Virus record (IMG/VR): IMGVR_UViG_3300028549_001428
Reading direction: 5' to 3' (one strand)
Length of the DNA stretch: 64,000 nucleotides
Origin: a virus
Lineage: Duplodnaviria; Heunggongvirae; Uroviricota; Caudoviricetes
Shown here: piece by piece, positions 50,118-59,770 of the stretch
Numbering within the stretch: position 1 is the stretch's first letter
How the letters are laid out: each line of letters begins with the position of its first letter
The notes under the pieces: model-generated
The model's database searches: none
What the model was told of the DNA's origin: nothing
Seen by the model: only the letters and a program-made list of their open reading frames with translations
Program-made: the position numbers and the translations under genes

Positions 50118-52796
50118 TTATTTCCGTGATAATAGAGAATCGCTTTCTACTGATAATTCAATATCCTCTGAAGAAATATTGAACTGAACTATTTCGTTTT
50201 CGTTTGTGTATTGTGTAATATTACCATCACCATCAATTAATTTTGATGCAATTGTAGTGGCTAATATATTTCTCACCATTTTTATATACTCGATGGTATA
50301 CTTGAAGTAATTATATAACGTGCTTGAAGTACCTTCAGTTAAATTAACTATAGCATCTGTTTCTTTGAATGCCAACGCACCGCTATTTTCATACCATCCT
50401 TTAATAGCTTCTATTAAATTGAACACCGCATTTGCTTCCAATACATTTCCATTATTCTTATGTAGCTTATATAGTGAAAACAAAGGTTCGTATACCTTAT
50501 TTATCATAGTTGACCAAATAAATGCGGTGAATTTATTCAATTTTTCTTCAGTTAAATCATTTTTTGGTACATATGCACCCAAAGACGAATCATAATATGA
50601 CAAATATGATTTGTAATAATTCAATATAGCTCCACGAACAGACTCTTGTGTAGCTATTTCAAATGTCACACTCTTATTATATGCAGAGTTTGTTGTTCCT
50701 GATATGTCTTTATATTTGTAATCATAATACAACTTAATATCAAACGCATCGTAACTTATATCACGTTGATTAATAAATTGAGAGATATCATCCGACATCC
50801 AAGTTAAAGTAGTTAAATCTAATGAACTATATGAATTTCCTTTCGGTACTAATGTAATATTCACACCAGCAACTTCTGGGAATGAATGAATTAATGTCTC
50901 TAATTTAGACCTGAATATTGGTGTAGCAAACTCGGTATATTCTTTTAAATATGCGTATATTTTGTTTCTGATATTGGTCTTGATGTCATTAAATGTATAG
51001 CCTCTAAATAGGGTAATATCCATTTTGATAGTAAAATCATGTACAATAGGTGGTACATACATATGCTGACCACCACCCAATGTTATATAGCCCTTTCTAT
51101 TTAGGGATTGTAGCAACGATTCCAATTCAGAACCATCTTCTGCAAAATCCAATGGTGTTAAATTTGCGGAATATACAAATTTAGGTATCATAGGCAATGA
51201 ATATGTTATAGTTCCAAAATATTTCTTAAAAAATTCACTGCTATCATTAGTCAACGTGGTAACAGAACCATCTGAATTTGATATTGATATAGAGATATTG
51301 GCATTTGCTAAGTCATTATTCATGGTTGCTTGAATTTGATCTAAATTAGCACCAAAATTGGTAAATAGGTTACTTGGAGGCAACTCTTGGTAATCATACT
51401 GCCATAAATATACTAGACCATTTACTTTATAACCATCCAAATAATACTCAACCGATTCGGTTGGGTAATATGAATCGTCTTTTGCTCTATAAAGGTCTTT
51501 CAATACACTGAATCTAACTATATTTGAGTATTTTATGTTAGGATTTATGCGTTTACCATAATCAACATCATAAGTGGATGGCATTTTTTCATTTAAAATG
51601 TCTTCACCGAATGCATTTGCGTATTTTATGTCAGCATATCGTCTCAAATATGTCTTATAACTTGATTTATTATTCAATGAGTCGAGAGAATTAAATAATT
51701 GGGGTGCATTTTTCTTAATAGATTCAGCACTTTCGATATTTAGACCACCACGTACATCGGTAGTTAATGCAATGTTCAAGTCAGCTAGTGATAAATCACT
51801 TTCAGTACCATCTTCTTGTGTAATTAAAATACTACCTGGAGTTGCTGTGATAGCAGTTCCAGCTACATTCATCACATTACCACGTTCACCATTGGTATTA
51901 AAATATGTTACAGCAATCTTTCCATATGGAATTGCTGATTTTATACCATCACCAAACTGCAATCTAGCATTACCATCATTGGCAGTGTCTATTATCACAC
52001 TATAATTAGTGGTTTTGTTGTCATTGTTTATGAAATTATCAATATCATTTACTGTATTAGATGTAGACGGATCTTGGAATCCTCGTCTTGATATTCTCCA
52101 ATACACCAAATCATCGACGGCATACTCAGGATTGAAATTATCCATTAACGATGCATCGGATGTAACAGTTGTAAATCTAGTTGATCTCTGACTAAATTTA
52201 TCAGGTTCTGCCCAGTTTGGATCACCAAACCCAAAATAATCAGAAAAATTAGGGTCAGTTATAATAAATTCTTGATTTTGCTTTCCAGTAGAGAAAAAGT
52301 TTGTTGTTAAAAATGTACCTTCAGCAAGTACAGCACGACCAGAAACCAATTCCATTAAACCGTTAGTATAATCGCTATTAGTACGATCATATGAAAATTC
52401 CATATCATCTACAGCGGTTAATACCAAACTAGACAATGCAAATTTAGTACCCTTCGCTACATTTACTTTCACTGTTGGATATACACCAGTTCTTTTTAAT
52501 TGTATTCCTAAACCAGCTTTTGCTGGAACTGGTCTTCTAACACTATATCCTAATGATCTAGCACCTAAATAAATAGATTCTAATTTTGTTGCTGTTTCCA
52601 AATAAGCATTTTGGAATACCGATTCACCAAATGAAGCCATTAAATCGGTATTACCTGCAAATAGCTCCAACATGGTTCTACCAAATGAGGCTTCACCTGT
52701 ATCTGCCAATGCACCTTCTTTAGCACGAAGGATCTTCAATAAGTCATTTAATACTTGGTCAAACGTTATTTGGGTATATTTTCTATTTTGTGCCAT
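50118..52796 (-). CDS. Baseplate wedge subunit (T4 gp6-like)
   Basis: FDQV..., LELFA, AYLETATKLES....ARSLGY, LQFGDG, GG..IES.ESIK.NAP; late motif 52827-52835. Confidence 0.88.
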   Translation of the reverse strand: MAQNRKYTQITFDQVLNDLLKILRAKEGALADTGEASFGRTMLELFAGNTDLMASFGESVFQNAYLETATKLESIYLGARSLGYSVRRPVPAKAGLGIQLKRTGVYPTVKVNVAKGTKFALSSLVLTAVDDMEFSYDRTNSDYTNGLMELVSGRAVLAEGTFLTTNFFSTGKQNQEFIITDPNFSDYFGFGDPNWAEPDKFSQRSTRFTTVTSDASLMDNFNPEYAVDDLVYWRISRRGFQDPSTSNTVNDIDNFINNDNKTTNYSVIIDTANDGNARLQFGDGIKSAIPYGKIAVTYFNTNGERGNVMNVAGTAITATPGSILITQEDGTESDLSLADLNIALTTDVRGGLNIESAESIKKNAPQLFNSLDSLNNKSSYKTYLRRYADIKYANAFGEDILNEKMPSTYDVDYGKRINPNIKYSNIVRFSVLKDLYRAKDDSYYPTESVEYYLDGYKVNGLVYLWQYDYQELPPSNLFTNFGANLDQIQATMNNDLANANISISISNSDGSVTTLTNDSSEFFKKYFGTITYSLPMIPKFVYSANLTPLDFAEDGSELESLLQSLNRKGYITLGGGQHMYVPPIVHDFTIKMDITLFRGYTFNDIKTNIRNKIYAYLKEYTEFATPIFRSKLETLIHSFPEVAGVNITLVPKGNSYSSLDLTTLTWMSDDISQFINQRDISYDAFDIKLYYDYKYKDISGTTNSAYNKSVTFEIATQESVRGAILNYYKSYLSYYDSSLGAYVPKNDLTEEKLNKFTAFIWSTMINKVYEPLFSLYKLHKNNGNVLEANAVFNLIEAIKGWYENSGALAFKETDAIVNLTEGTSSTLYNYFKYTIEYIKMVRNILATTIASKLIDGDGNITQYTNENEIVQFNISSEDIELSVESDSLLSRK

Positions 52797-52900
52797 ATAA
52801 ATTCTTTAAACTTCGATTATTGACTATAGTTTATAATCGTGTAAATTATGTTTTTTTTCTTTTTTAGTGTTTTTCTGTATTTCGAAAAATAACATTATAC

Positions 52901-54130
52901 GTGAACTACCCATGAGTTAAATGCTCATTAGCTTCTGACTTCATAGATAGTTGCGTATTGCTACGGCTAACACCATCTCCATCAGTGTACTCGCCAGTTC
53001 CTGACGAGAGAAGGCTTACACCTTCTGTTAATATATTTTTAGCAGCATTTACATCTCGATCATGTACAGATCCGCATGATTCACATACCCATTCACGATC
53101 CGACAATTTCATATCAGATTTTATCCAACCACAATCATTACATGTTTTAGAAGATGGAAAGAATCTATTGATTGTTATAATTTGCTTGTCATTCCATTCC
53201 GCTTTATAACGGATCATATTGGCAAACATCCCCCATACACAATCTGATATATGTTTAGCTAACTTATGGTTTTTCACCATACTTTTTACATTTAGATCTT
53301 CCAAGCAAATCAGATCGTATTCTCTGATTAACTTAGTTGAGATTTTATGTAAATTGTCTTTTCGTGAATTTGATATCTTCTCGTGGATACGAGCAACCTT
53401 CAATCTTTGTTTTTCGGATTGATGACTACCGTTAGTCTTACGAGATAGATGTTGTTGTGCTACTTTTAATTCTTTTTCATATTGTTTCGTGTAACGAGGA
53501 TTCTTGAACTTCGTTCCATCACTCGTTATACAAAAATCTTTTATACCTAAATCAATACCAACTGATTTACCTGTATGAGCCATTGGTTCATGTGTAGTTG
53601 CTACTAGTATAGATACAAAATATTGATTCCTAGAATCTCTTGAGAATGTGCATTGGCGAATCTCGCCTTTAAATTCTCGTTGTTTTATTAACTTTATACC
53701 ATCATTAAATTTAGGTACATAAATCTTGTTTGTTTCAACTGTTATATGTTGAGGAACACGAAATGAATTCTTGGATCTTTTAGATTTAAAGTTCGGAAAC
53801 TCAGCGTTTCCACGATAGAAATTCAGATAAGCAGCTTCCAAATTCTTCAGCGTCTGCTGTAATGTCTGGGAATTGATTTCTTTCAGCCAAATCGTACTTT
53901 CGTCTTTCTTCAATTTGGTTAGCTTATTAGCCTGTGCTACATAATTATCAGATTTCTTCGTTTCTCTATATTGATTCTTCCTCTCGTTGAGGAAATAATT
54001 ATACACATAACGAACTGAACCAAAGTGCTTATTCAACAAAATCTTCTGTTGCTCACTTGGTTCTATTCGATACTTATATGATTTCAATATCTCTTTCATC
54101 TATAACATAATATATGTTATTTTTATTCTG
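52901..54130 (-). mobile_element. IS200/IS605-family solo-tnpB element (IS1341-like); left boundary approximate
   Basis: tnpB without tnpA; right end GAAGC...GGGTAGTTCAC at 52901; inserted between divergent late genes. Confidence 0.8.
52906..54099 (-). CDS. tnpB: TnpB RNA-guided endonuclease
   Basis: HTH KSYKYRIEP, RuvC GIDLG / CLEDL / DRDVNAA intact, Zn ribbon CNDC..CESC. Confidence 0.95.
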   Translation of the reverse strand: MKEILKSYKYRIEPSEQQKILLNKHFGSVRYVYNYFLNERKNQYRETKKSDNYVAQANKLTKLKKDESTIWLKEINSQTLQQTLKNLEAAYLNFYRGNAEFPNFKSKRSKNSFRVPQHITVETNKIYVPKFNDGIKLIKQREFKGEIRQCTFSRDSRNQYFVSILVATTHEPMAHTGKSVGIDLGIKDFCITSDGTKFKNPRYTKQYEKELKVAQQHLSRKTNGSHQSEKQRLKVARIHEKISNSRKDNLHKISTKLIREYDLICLEDLNVKSMVKNHKLAKHISDCVWGMFANMIRYKAEWNDKQIITINRFFPSSKTCNDCGWIKSDMKLSDREWVCESCGSVHDRDVNAAKNILTEGVSLLSSGTGEYTDGDGVSRSNTQLSMKSEANEHLTHG

Positions 54131-54242
54131 AATAATGAAAAAAGTTAAATTATTTTAGTTAATATAAGGCAATACAATAGATATTATGTCAGTGCACATG
54201 AAATCAACTTAAAATTGTATTCTAAATATATAAACTATATTT

Positions 54243-55241
54243 ATGACATCAATTAATTTAACAATTTCATATGATATAAGAGATTATAGTAATGAGTTAC
54301 ATAATTTCGGAGTTGGTGCTAATGTATCCCGTGGTTTATGGGATGATAGAAATAAAAGCATCGTAGAACGAAGCGAAAAAACACAAATAAATATACCAGA
54401 ATGGTCACATCAACCAAATACAGGACTTGCTACTCATTTCAGAAGACATAATGGATTTAAAGATCAGGAACGTTATAACAGAGTTTCTAGAAATTTTAGT
54501 CTTAGACAAGGTACATTCGTTAAATATTATGCTACCAGTTACGATCCAATGTCAGATCCGTTATACCATGAAGATAATAATCGTTCAGTTGAACGTTATT
54601 TTGATGTTCCTATGATGTTAACATTCCAACCTGAAAATGAATTATATAATAGATTCGGTATTCAGCATATGGATGAATTTGAAGTACATGTACATATGTC
54701 ATTATTTATGGAAATGCAATATGCAAGTCTTCGTAGAGCTGGTGTTTTGCCAGCTTGTGATCCAAATGAGCATAATCCTATCTGGAGTCAGCGTGGATAT
54801 GAGGCATTTAGATATTATGGATATTCAGCACAACAATTATTCCCAAAAGCAGGGGATTTAATAAAAATTGAAGCATTTGATACACTATATGAAATAGAAA
54901 GCGTAAAAGACGCAGCTCCTGAATATCAACATAGATGGAGAAAATACTGGTGGAAACTATTCTTGAAGGATGCTATGGATACAGGAAAAACAGTTAGTCC
55001 AGACGTTCTTAATGACCCTGAACAGGAAGGATTTATTAATACTCTTATGGGAACACAATCTACATCTGGCGTGACAGATAATCTAGGTAACACAATTAGC
55101 TGGCCGTTTGATGCGTCATGTGCAGTTGATAAATTGAAGAAAGATGTACTATTCAGACCACCAGAAGTTGATAATTCAGTCTGTGATATATCAGGCGACC
55201 CAAATTTCTATCCATGTGCTGACAAATTTGGAAAATGGTAA
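54243..55241 (+). CDS. Neck/head-completion protein (T4 gp14-like)
   Basis: LYHED, RFGI..MDE, PKAGDLI, LYEI..V; followed by a gp15-like gene. Confidence 0.8.
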   Translation: MTSINLTISYDIRDYSNELHNFGVGANVSRGLWDDRNKSIVERSEKTQINIPEWSHQPNTGLATHFRRHNGFKDQERYNRVSRNFSLRQGTFVKYYATSYDPMSDPLYHEDNNRSVERYFDVPMMLTFQPENELYNRFGIQHMDEFEVHVHMSLFMEMQYASLRRAGVLPACDPNEHNPIWSQRGYEAFRYYGYSAQQLFPKAGDLIKIEAFDTLYEIESVKDAAPEYQHRWRKYWWKLFLKDAMDTGKTVSPDVLNDPEQEGFINTLMGTQSTSGVTDNLGNTISWPFDASCAVDKLKKDVLFRPPEVDNSVCDISGDPNFYPCADKFGKW

Positions 55242-55253
55242 GAGGTTAATTAA

Positions 55254-56687
55254 ATGGTCCCATATTATTATGTAAGAACTCAAGAAAAGGCAGAAATTGC
55301 CCTATTAGACATGTTTAATAACATTGTCGTTAATAAGTATAACGATTTAACAAGAACATCATACACAAAAACTGTGAAAGTTCCTATTGTTATTCATCAA
55401 GATAAAAATTTTGCTAATTGGTTCAGTAATGTTGAATCAAAAAAACGCACACTACCTATTCCAATAGGGGGTCTGCGTTATATATCAATGGAACCAAATA
55501 ATGAAAATAGAACTCAAGCCACGTATGCAAGAACAATATTTTCAAAAGCTACCGATCAGTGGATACAAGATATACAACCAACTCCATATAAATTGACATA
55601 TGAACTAGAATATTTAACTGATAATATGTCTGATTTCCATCAGATTAAAGAAAATATCATAGCGTATTTCAATAAAGCACGTACATTACGCATCAAAGAG
55701 TTTGATTTTGCTCCAGATATTGAACGAAAAATTCTAGTTGAATTGTCAGCAGTTACAGATACATTCGAAGATGAACTAGAATCAGGATCAAAACATAGAT
55801 TTTTTAAACCTAAATTCACATTTAGATTAGATGTTGATTGGTACAGACCATTTGAAATACCTGAAATGATTAAATATGCCGAAATGAATATTCAAATGGA
55901 TGATATTATGCATTCAATGCAAGTATTTGTATATCCTGACCCGATTGCCGAAAAAGAGAAAAAAGCATGGGAAGAACTTGATCCATCTATCAGATTAGGA
56001 TATTCGTTATTAAAGACTAACGCAAAAACAATGGTAAAACAGATTGATGCAATTAATGGATCGGTATCATGGCAAGAAATAACAGTGCCTGATGCTATCA
56101 GACCTGCTGGTGTTCCTAGTTTCAATTTAATCCACCTAAATTTTGATAATGATACATCATTTGAATTAGATAGAAGTGGGTTCGATAGAGATTTTGTTGC
56201 ATTAAATGATTTAAATAGAACATTTGTACCTGGATTAGAACCTGGAAATGGTCAAGATGCTCCTGATGGATATGCAGTTGATTCTACGGTTCAATGGAAC
56301 AAAATATTAGATTGGTTCGGAACCAATAATGGTCTAAATGAATCACCATATACATTCCAGAGCATTTTACAATTTAAGAACAATCCTGTACCTGATACAA
56401 TATTTCAGTATTTAGCGAATGACGAGACTACACAAGATAATGTTGTAATTCCTACAGGTGAAGTATTTTTTGAATGGGGTATTATTGATTCTAAATTATA
56501 TTTCACATTCAAAACATATGGTGAACACTCATTATTCTATACATACACAACAAAAAATCAACTTGCATTGAATAACAGTGATATATATAAATTTGTGTTT
56601 GTGTTATATGATGATGGTCATGCTGGTGTATTTGGATATACTATAAACGATGGTGCAATGATAGCATTGGAAACCGAGAGAACTTAA
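55254..56687 (+). CDS. Tail terminator / sheath stabiliser (T4 gp15-like) with C-terminal extension
   Basis: YYY.RT..., MFNNI.V, VKVPI, PTPY.L.YEL, QIKENI..YF. Confidence 0.8.
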   Translation: MVPYYYVRTQEKAEIALLDMFNNIVVNKYNDLTRTSYTKTVKVPIVIHQDKNFANWFSNVESKKRTLPIPIGGLRYISMEPNNENRTQATYARTIFSKATDQWIQDIQPTPYKLTYELEYLTDNMSDFHQIKENIIAYFNKARTLRIKEFDFAPDIERKILVELSAVTDTFEDELESGSKHRFFKPKFTFRLDVDWYRPFEIPEMIKYAEMNIQMDDIMHSMQVFVYPDPIAEKEKKAWEELDPSIRLGYSLLKTNAKTMVKQIDAINGSVSWQEITVPDAIRPAGVPSFNLIHLNFDNDTSFELDRSGFDRDFVALNDLNRTFVPGLEPGNGQDAPDGYAVDSTVQWNKILDWFGTNNGLNESPYTFQSILQFKNNPVPDTIFQYLANDETTQDNVVIPTGEVFFEWGIIDSKLYFTFKTYGEHSLFYTYTTKNQLALNNSDIYKFVFVLYDDGHAGVFGYTINDGAMIALETERT

Positions 56688-56688
56688 T

Positions 56689-58659
56689 ATGGCAATTACA
56701 GATATAACTTTAAGCAACAGCAGTATAATTGAAGGGTCAGTGTCTGGTACATTAGTTGGTGATATAACTATTGTAGGTAGTTTTATTGATGTTCCTGTTG
56801 CTTATATAACAAGTAACCAATTTAAAATTGTCTCAGGAACTCCAAATAAACTAGTTGTTTTAGATGGTTCATTATTGGATTTTGAATCTCAACCAGCCGT
56901 TAATGTTGTTATTGGTGCATATATACAAAAAAGAATAACCGAAATAACAAAAACAGGTGCTTATAATGTAATAAAAACATCAACAGATCATAATTTAACT
57001 GTTGGTGATACAATCGAAATAACCAGTTCAACTAAATGTAATGGAACTCATATAGTAACCACTGTCCCAGATGATACTACATTTTATATAGCTCTTGTGC
57101 CTGATTTTGGCGATACTGAATTATATGGATATGTATATACAACTCGTTTAGAAAAGCCTATCACAATAAATGTAACAGATTCAGCCGAAAGTCAATCTAT
57201 TATATATTCAGTAACTCCACAAGCAAGTCTAAAGGGAACCTTTCCTGAAATAACAATCAGTGGATTAAAATTTTCTGAAGGTGGTGCTCCTATTGTTATA
57301 TTAAATGGAGTTACCCAAACATTAACATCATATTCAGACACATCTATTGTATTTACTTTAATAACCGATTTAGATTATGGCGTTTATGATCTTACCGTTG
57401 TTAATGGCTATGAATGGACACAATTACAAAATGATCCATTATATGAGGCTGATTTAGTTTCAATAAAATTAATTAGATATATAACAGATCAGCAAGTAAG
57501 TTATTCATTAGGCAATACTAATTGTTATGTGAAACCTACAATTCAACTAGTATATGATACGGATGGCGCATCTGGTAAATATGGTAGTATTATGGGTGTT
57601 ATTCCAGCTAATGTATACATGGAATATTTAAATATCTATTTAAAACATAATTCTAACTTTGATTTTTCTGTTGGTGGTGAAGTTACTCTAAATAATGTAA
57701 AACTAATTACAGGTGATTTGGTTTGGTTAAGTAATCAAACTGTATCTGGTGAAAATGGCATATATACAGTATCCGAAACTGCTTGGACATTTGTTAAAGC
57801 TGTGGATTCTAATACCTTCATTGATTTAGGAGCAAGAGCTACTGATCAGGTCGATGGTGATATATCACGAAATATTGTAATTGACCAACACATAAAATTC
57901 GGAAAAACTGGATTCTATTCAATAACATATTATATCTTAAATAGTTTGGGTATTTTATCAAAAATTATCAGAAAAGTTAAAATTTTAACATCTAGTGCTT
58001 CAATATCTCCTAGTGATGCATACAAAATAACCGATTATTCTATAAAAACTGAAGTAGACCCAGACTTACTACTATCAGGTAATACAACCGATAATAGCAC
58101 ATCTACGTGTTGTACATCTAATAGCGGATCATCTACAGGTGGTTCAACTGAATTAACATCAAACGATTATATAAATAGAAAAGGAACCGTTATATTTATA
58201 GCTGACCAATCAATGGGAGGTCATAAATTAACTAATCTAGGCGATGCAGTAGAAGATACCGATGCCGTAAATCTAGGGCAAGTCAAAGAGTTAATATTAT
58301 CAAATAATGCTACAGGATCAATGCAGACAGCAGGTGAGACTATTAATGTATTTCAACCTGTATATATGCACACTGATGGATTAGTATATGTTGCCAAATC
58401 TAATGATATAAATCTAATGGGAAAAGTAATAGGTATTGCAACATCAACTAAAAATATAAATGAATTAATTCGTATTATTAATATTGGTGAATTAAGCGAT
58501 GTACCAACACCGTTACAAATAGGATTAAATTATTATATATCAAGCACTGGATATTTAACGTATATACCACCAACAACTGGATTCGTTCAAATAATGGGAA
58601 TTGCATCATCTGCATCAGATTTTATTCTGTTAATGCACCCTCCAATTGGCTTAGAATAA
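56689..58659 (+). CDS. Multidomain virion protein (cadherin-like, IPT/TIG, ENGIY motif, capsid-cement-like C-terminus)
   Basis: DITLS...I.E....GT.VG, LDFE; I.SVTP; NQT.SGENGIY; TAGETI...V....G..A. Confidence 0.65.
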   Translation: MAITDITLSNSSIIEGSVSGTLVGDITIVGSFIDVPVAYITSNQFKIVSGTPNKLVVLDGSLLDFESQPAVNVVIGAYIQKRITEITKTGAYNVIKTSTDHNLTVGDTIEITSSTKCNGTHIVTTVPDDTTFYIALVPDFGDTELYGYVYTTRLEKPITINVTDSAESQSIIYSVTPQASLKGTFPEITISGLKFSEGGAPIVILNGVTQTLTSYSDTSIVFTLITDLDYGVYDLTVVNGYEWTQLQNDPLYEADLVSIKLIRYITDQQVSYSLGNTNCYVKPTIQLVYDTDGASGKYGSIMGVIPANVYMEYLNIYLKHNSNFDFSVGGEVTLNNVKLITGDLVWLSNQTVSGENGIYTVSETAWTFVKAVDSNTFIDLGARATDQVDGDISRNIVIDQHIKFGKTGFYSITYYILNSLGILSKIIRKVKILTSSASISPSDAYKITDYSIKTEVDPDLLLSGNTTDNSTSTCCTSNSGSSTGGSTELTSNDYINRKGTVIFIADQSMGGHKLTNLGDAVEDTDAVNLGQVKELILSNNATGSMQTAGETINVFQPVYMHTDGLVYVAKSNDINLMGKVIGIATSTKNINELIRIINIGELSDVPTPLQIGLNYYISSTGYLTYIPPTTGFVQIMGIASSASDFILLMHPPIGLE

Positions 58660-58711
58660 TAAATCGATTGAAATCGTTTTTTATAAACTATAATAACAAA
58701 CGATTTTAATT

Positions 58712-59770
58712 ATGGCAACTTTTAAAAAACCTTTATCAAATATTAATGGTCTAATCCGAGAATTCGGATCAGATGATACTATTCCAGTAAAATATGGAGG
58801 TACTGGTAAAACAGACTTGCCTAAAGACAGTATAATCGTCGGTAATAATCCCGATGAAGTCAGAACTATTAAATATAATTTCGAAGGAACTGTAGCACCA
58901 TCAGCATCAGATGATATAAATGCTGAGTATGTAATTGGTTCCAAATGGTATGATTTAACTAATGATACCGAATATACTTGTTTAGATAATACTGCAAATA
59001 ATGCTGTATGGAAAGCACAAACACAAGGACCAGTAGGTAATCAAGGTTATCAGGGTTCACAAGGTAATCAGGGTTCGACTGGTGCGCAAGGCAATCAAGG
59101 ATCTCAAGGTAGACAGGGCGATCAAGGCTCAACTGGTGCACAGGGTGCAGTAGGATCACAAGGTAATCAGGGCAATCAGGGTGCAACTGGTGCGCAAGGC
59201 AATCAGGGAAATCAAGGCGCATCTATAACAGGACCACAAGGCGAACCTGGATTTAATTTGAATGCTGGTTATTCGGATACTTTTGTTAATGCTGATTTAT
59301 CAAGTGGTATTTTAAGTGTTACGCATAATTTAGCAACACGTAACTGCACCGTATCAATAAGAGATAATAATAACAAAATAATAATACCCGATGATATCAC
59401 ATTTGACACCACCAATACAGCACAAATTGATTTAACATCTTATGGAACTATAAGTGGTACTTGGGCATTAACAATTTTATCTAATGGGGCATATAACACT
59501 GTAGCCCCAGCAACTGGTACAACCAGAACCGCAAGTGGATCAACTGAAGCATATCCAGTTGGTCTTGTAGTAGCTACTGGTGCAGGTGATTATAATGAAA
59601 CATTACCAACACCAACAGGAACTATTAGAGTTATAAGTTACATAAATAAAACATCAAGCGATTGGAACCTTCAAGGAACATTTGCAAACGGAAGAACAGA
59701 AATAACATTACTACCTGGCAACTCAATTACATTAATTGATGCACCAACAAATACATGGGAGATTTTATAA
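58712..59770 (+). CDS. Collagen-like (G-X-Q) fibre protein
   Basis: GNQGYQGSQG... triplet tract; late motif 58682-58690. Confidence 0.8.
   Translation: MATFKKPLSNINGLIREFGSDDTIPVKYGGTGKTDLPKDSIIVGNNPDEVRTIKYNFEGTVAPSASDDINAEYVIGSKWYDLTNDTEYTCLDNTANNAVWKAQTQGPVGNQGYQGSQGNQGSTGAQGNQGSQGRQGDQGSTGAQGAVGSQGNQGNQGATGAQGNQGNQGASITGPQGEPGFNLNAGYSDTFVNADLSSGILSVTHNLATRNCTVSIRDNNNKIIIPDDITFDTTNTAQIDLTSYGTISGTWALTILSNGAYNTVAPATGTTRTASGSTEAYPVGLVVATGAGDYNETLPTPTGTIRVISYINKTSSDWNLQGTFANGRTEITLLPGNSITLIDAPTNTWEIL
59027..59250 (+). repeat. Collagen-coding 9-nt periodic repeat
   Basis: ggtaatcaa/ggcaatcag units; actggtgcgcaaggcaatca repeated. Confidence 0.8.
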
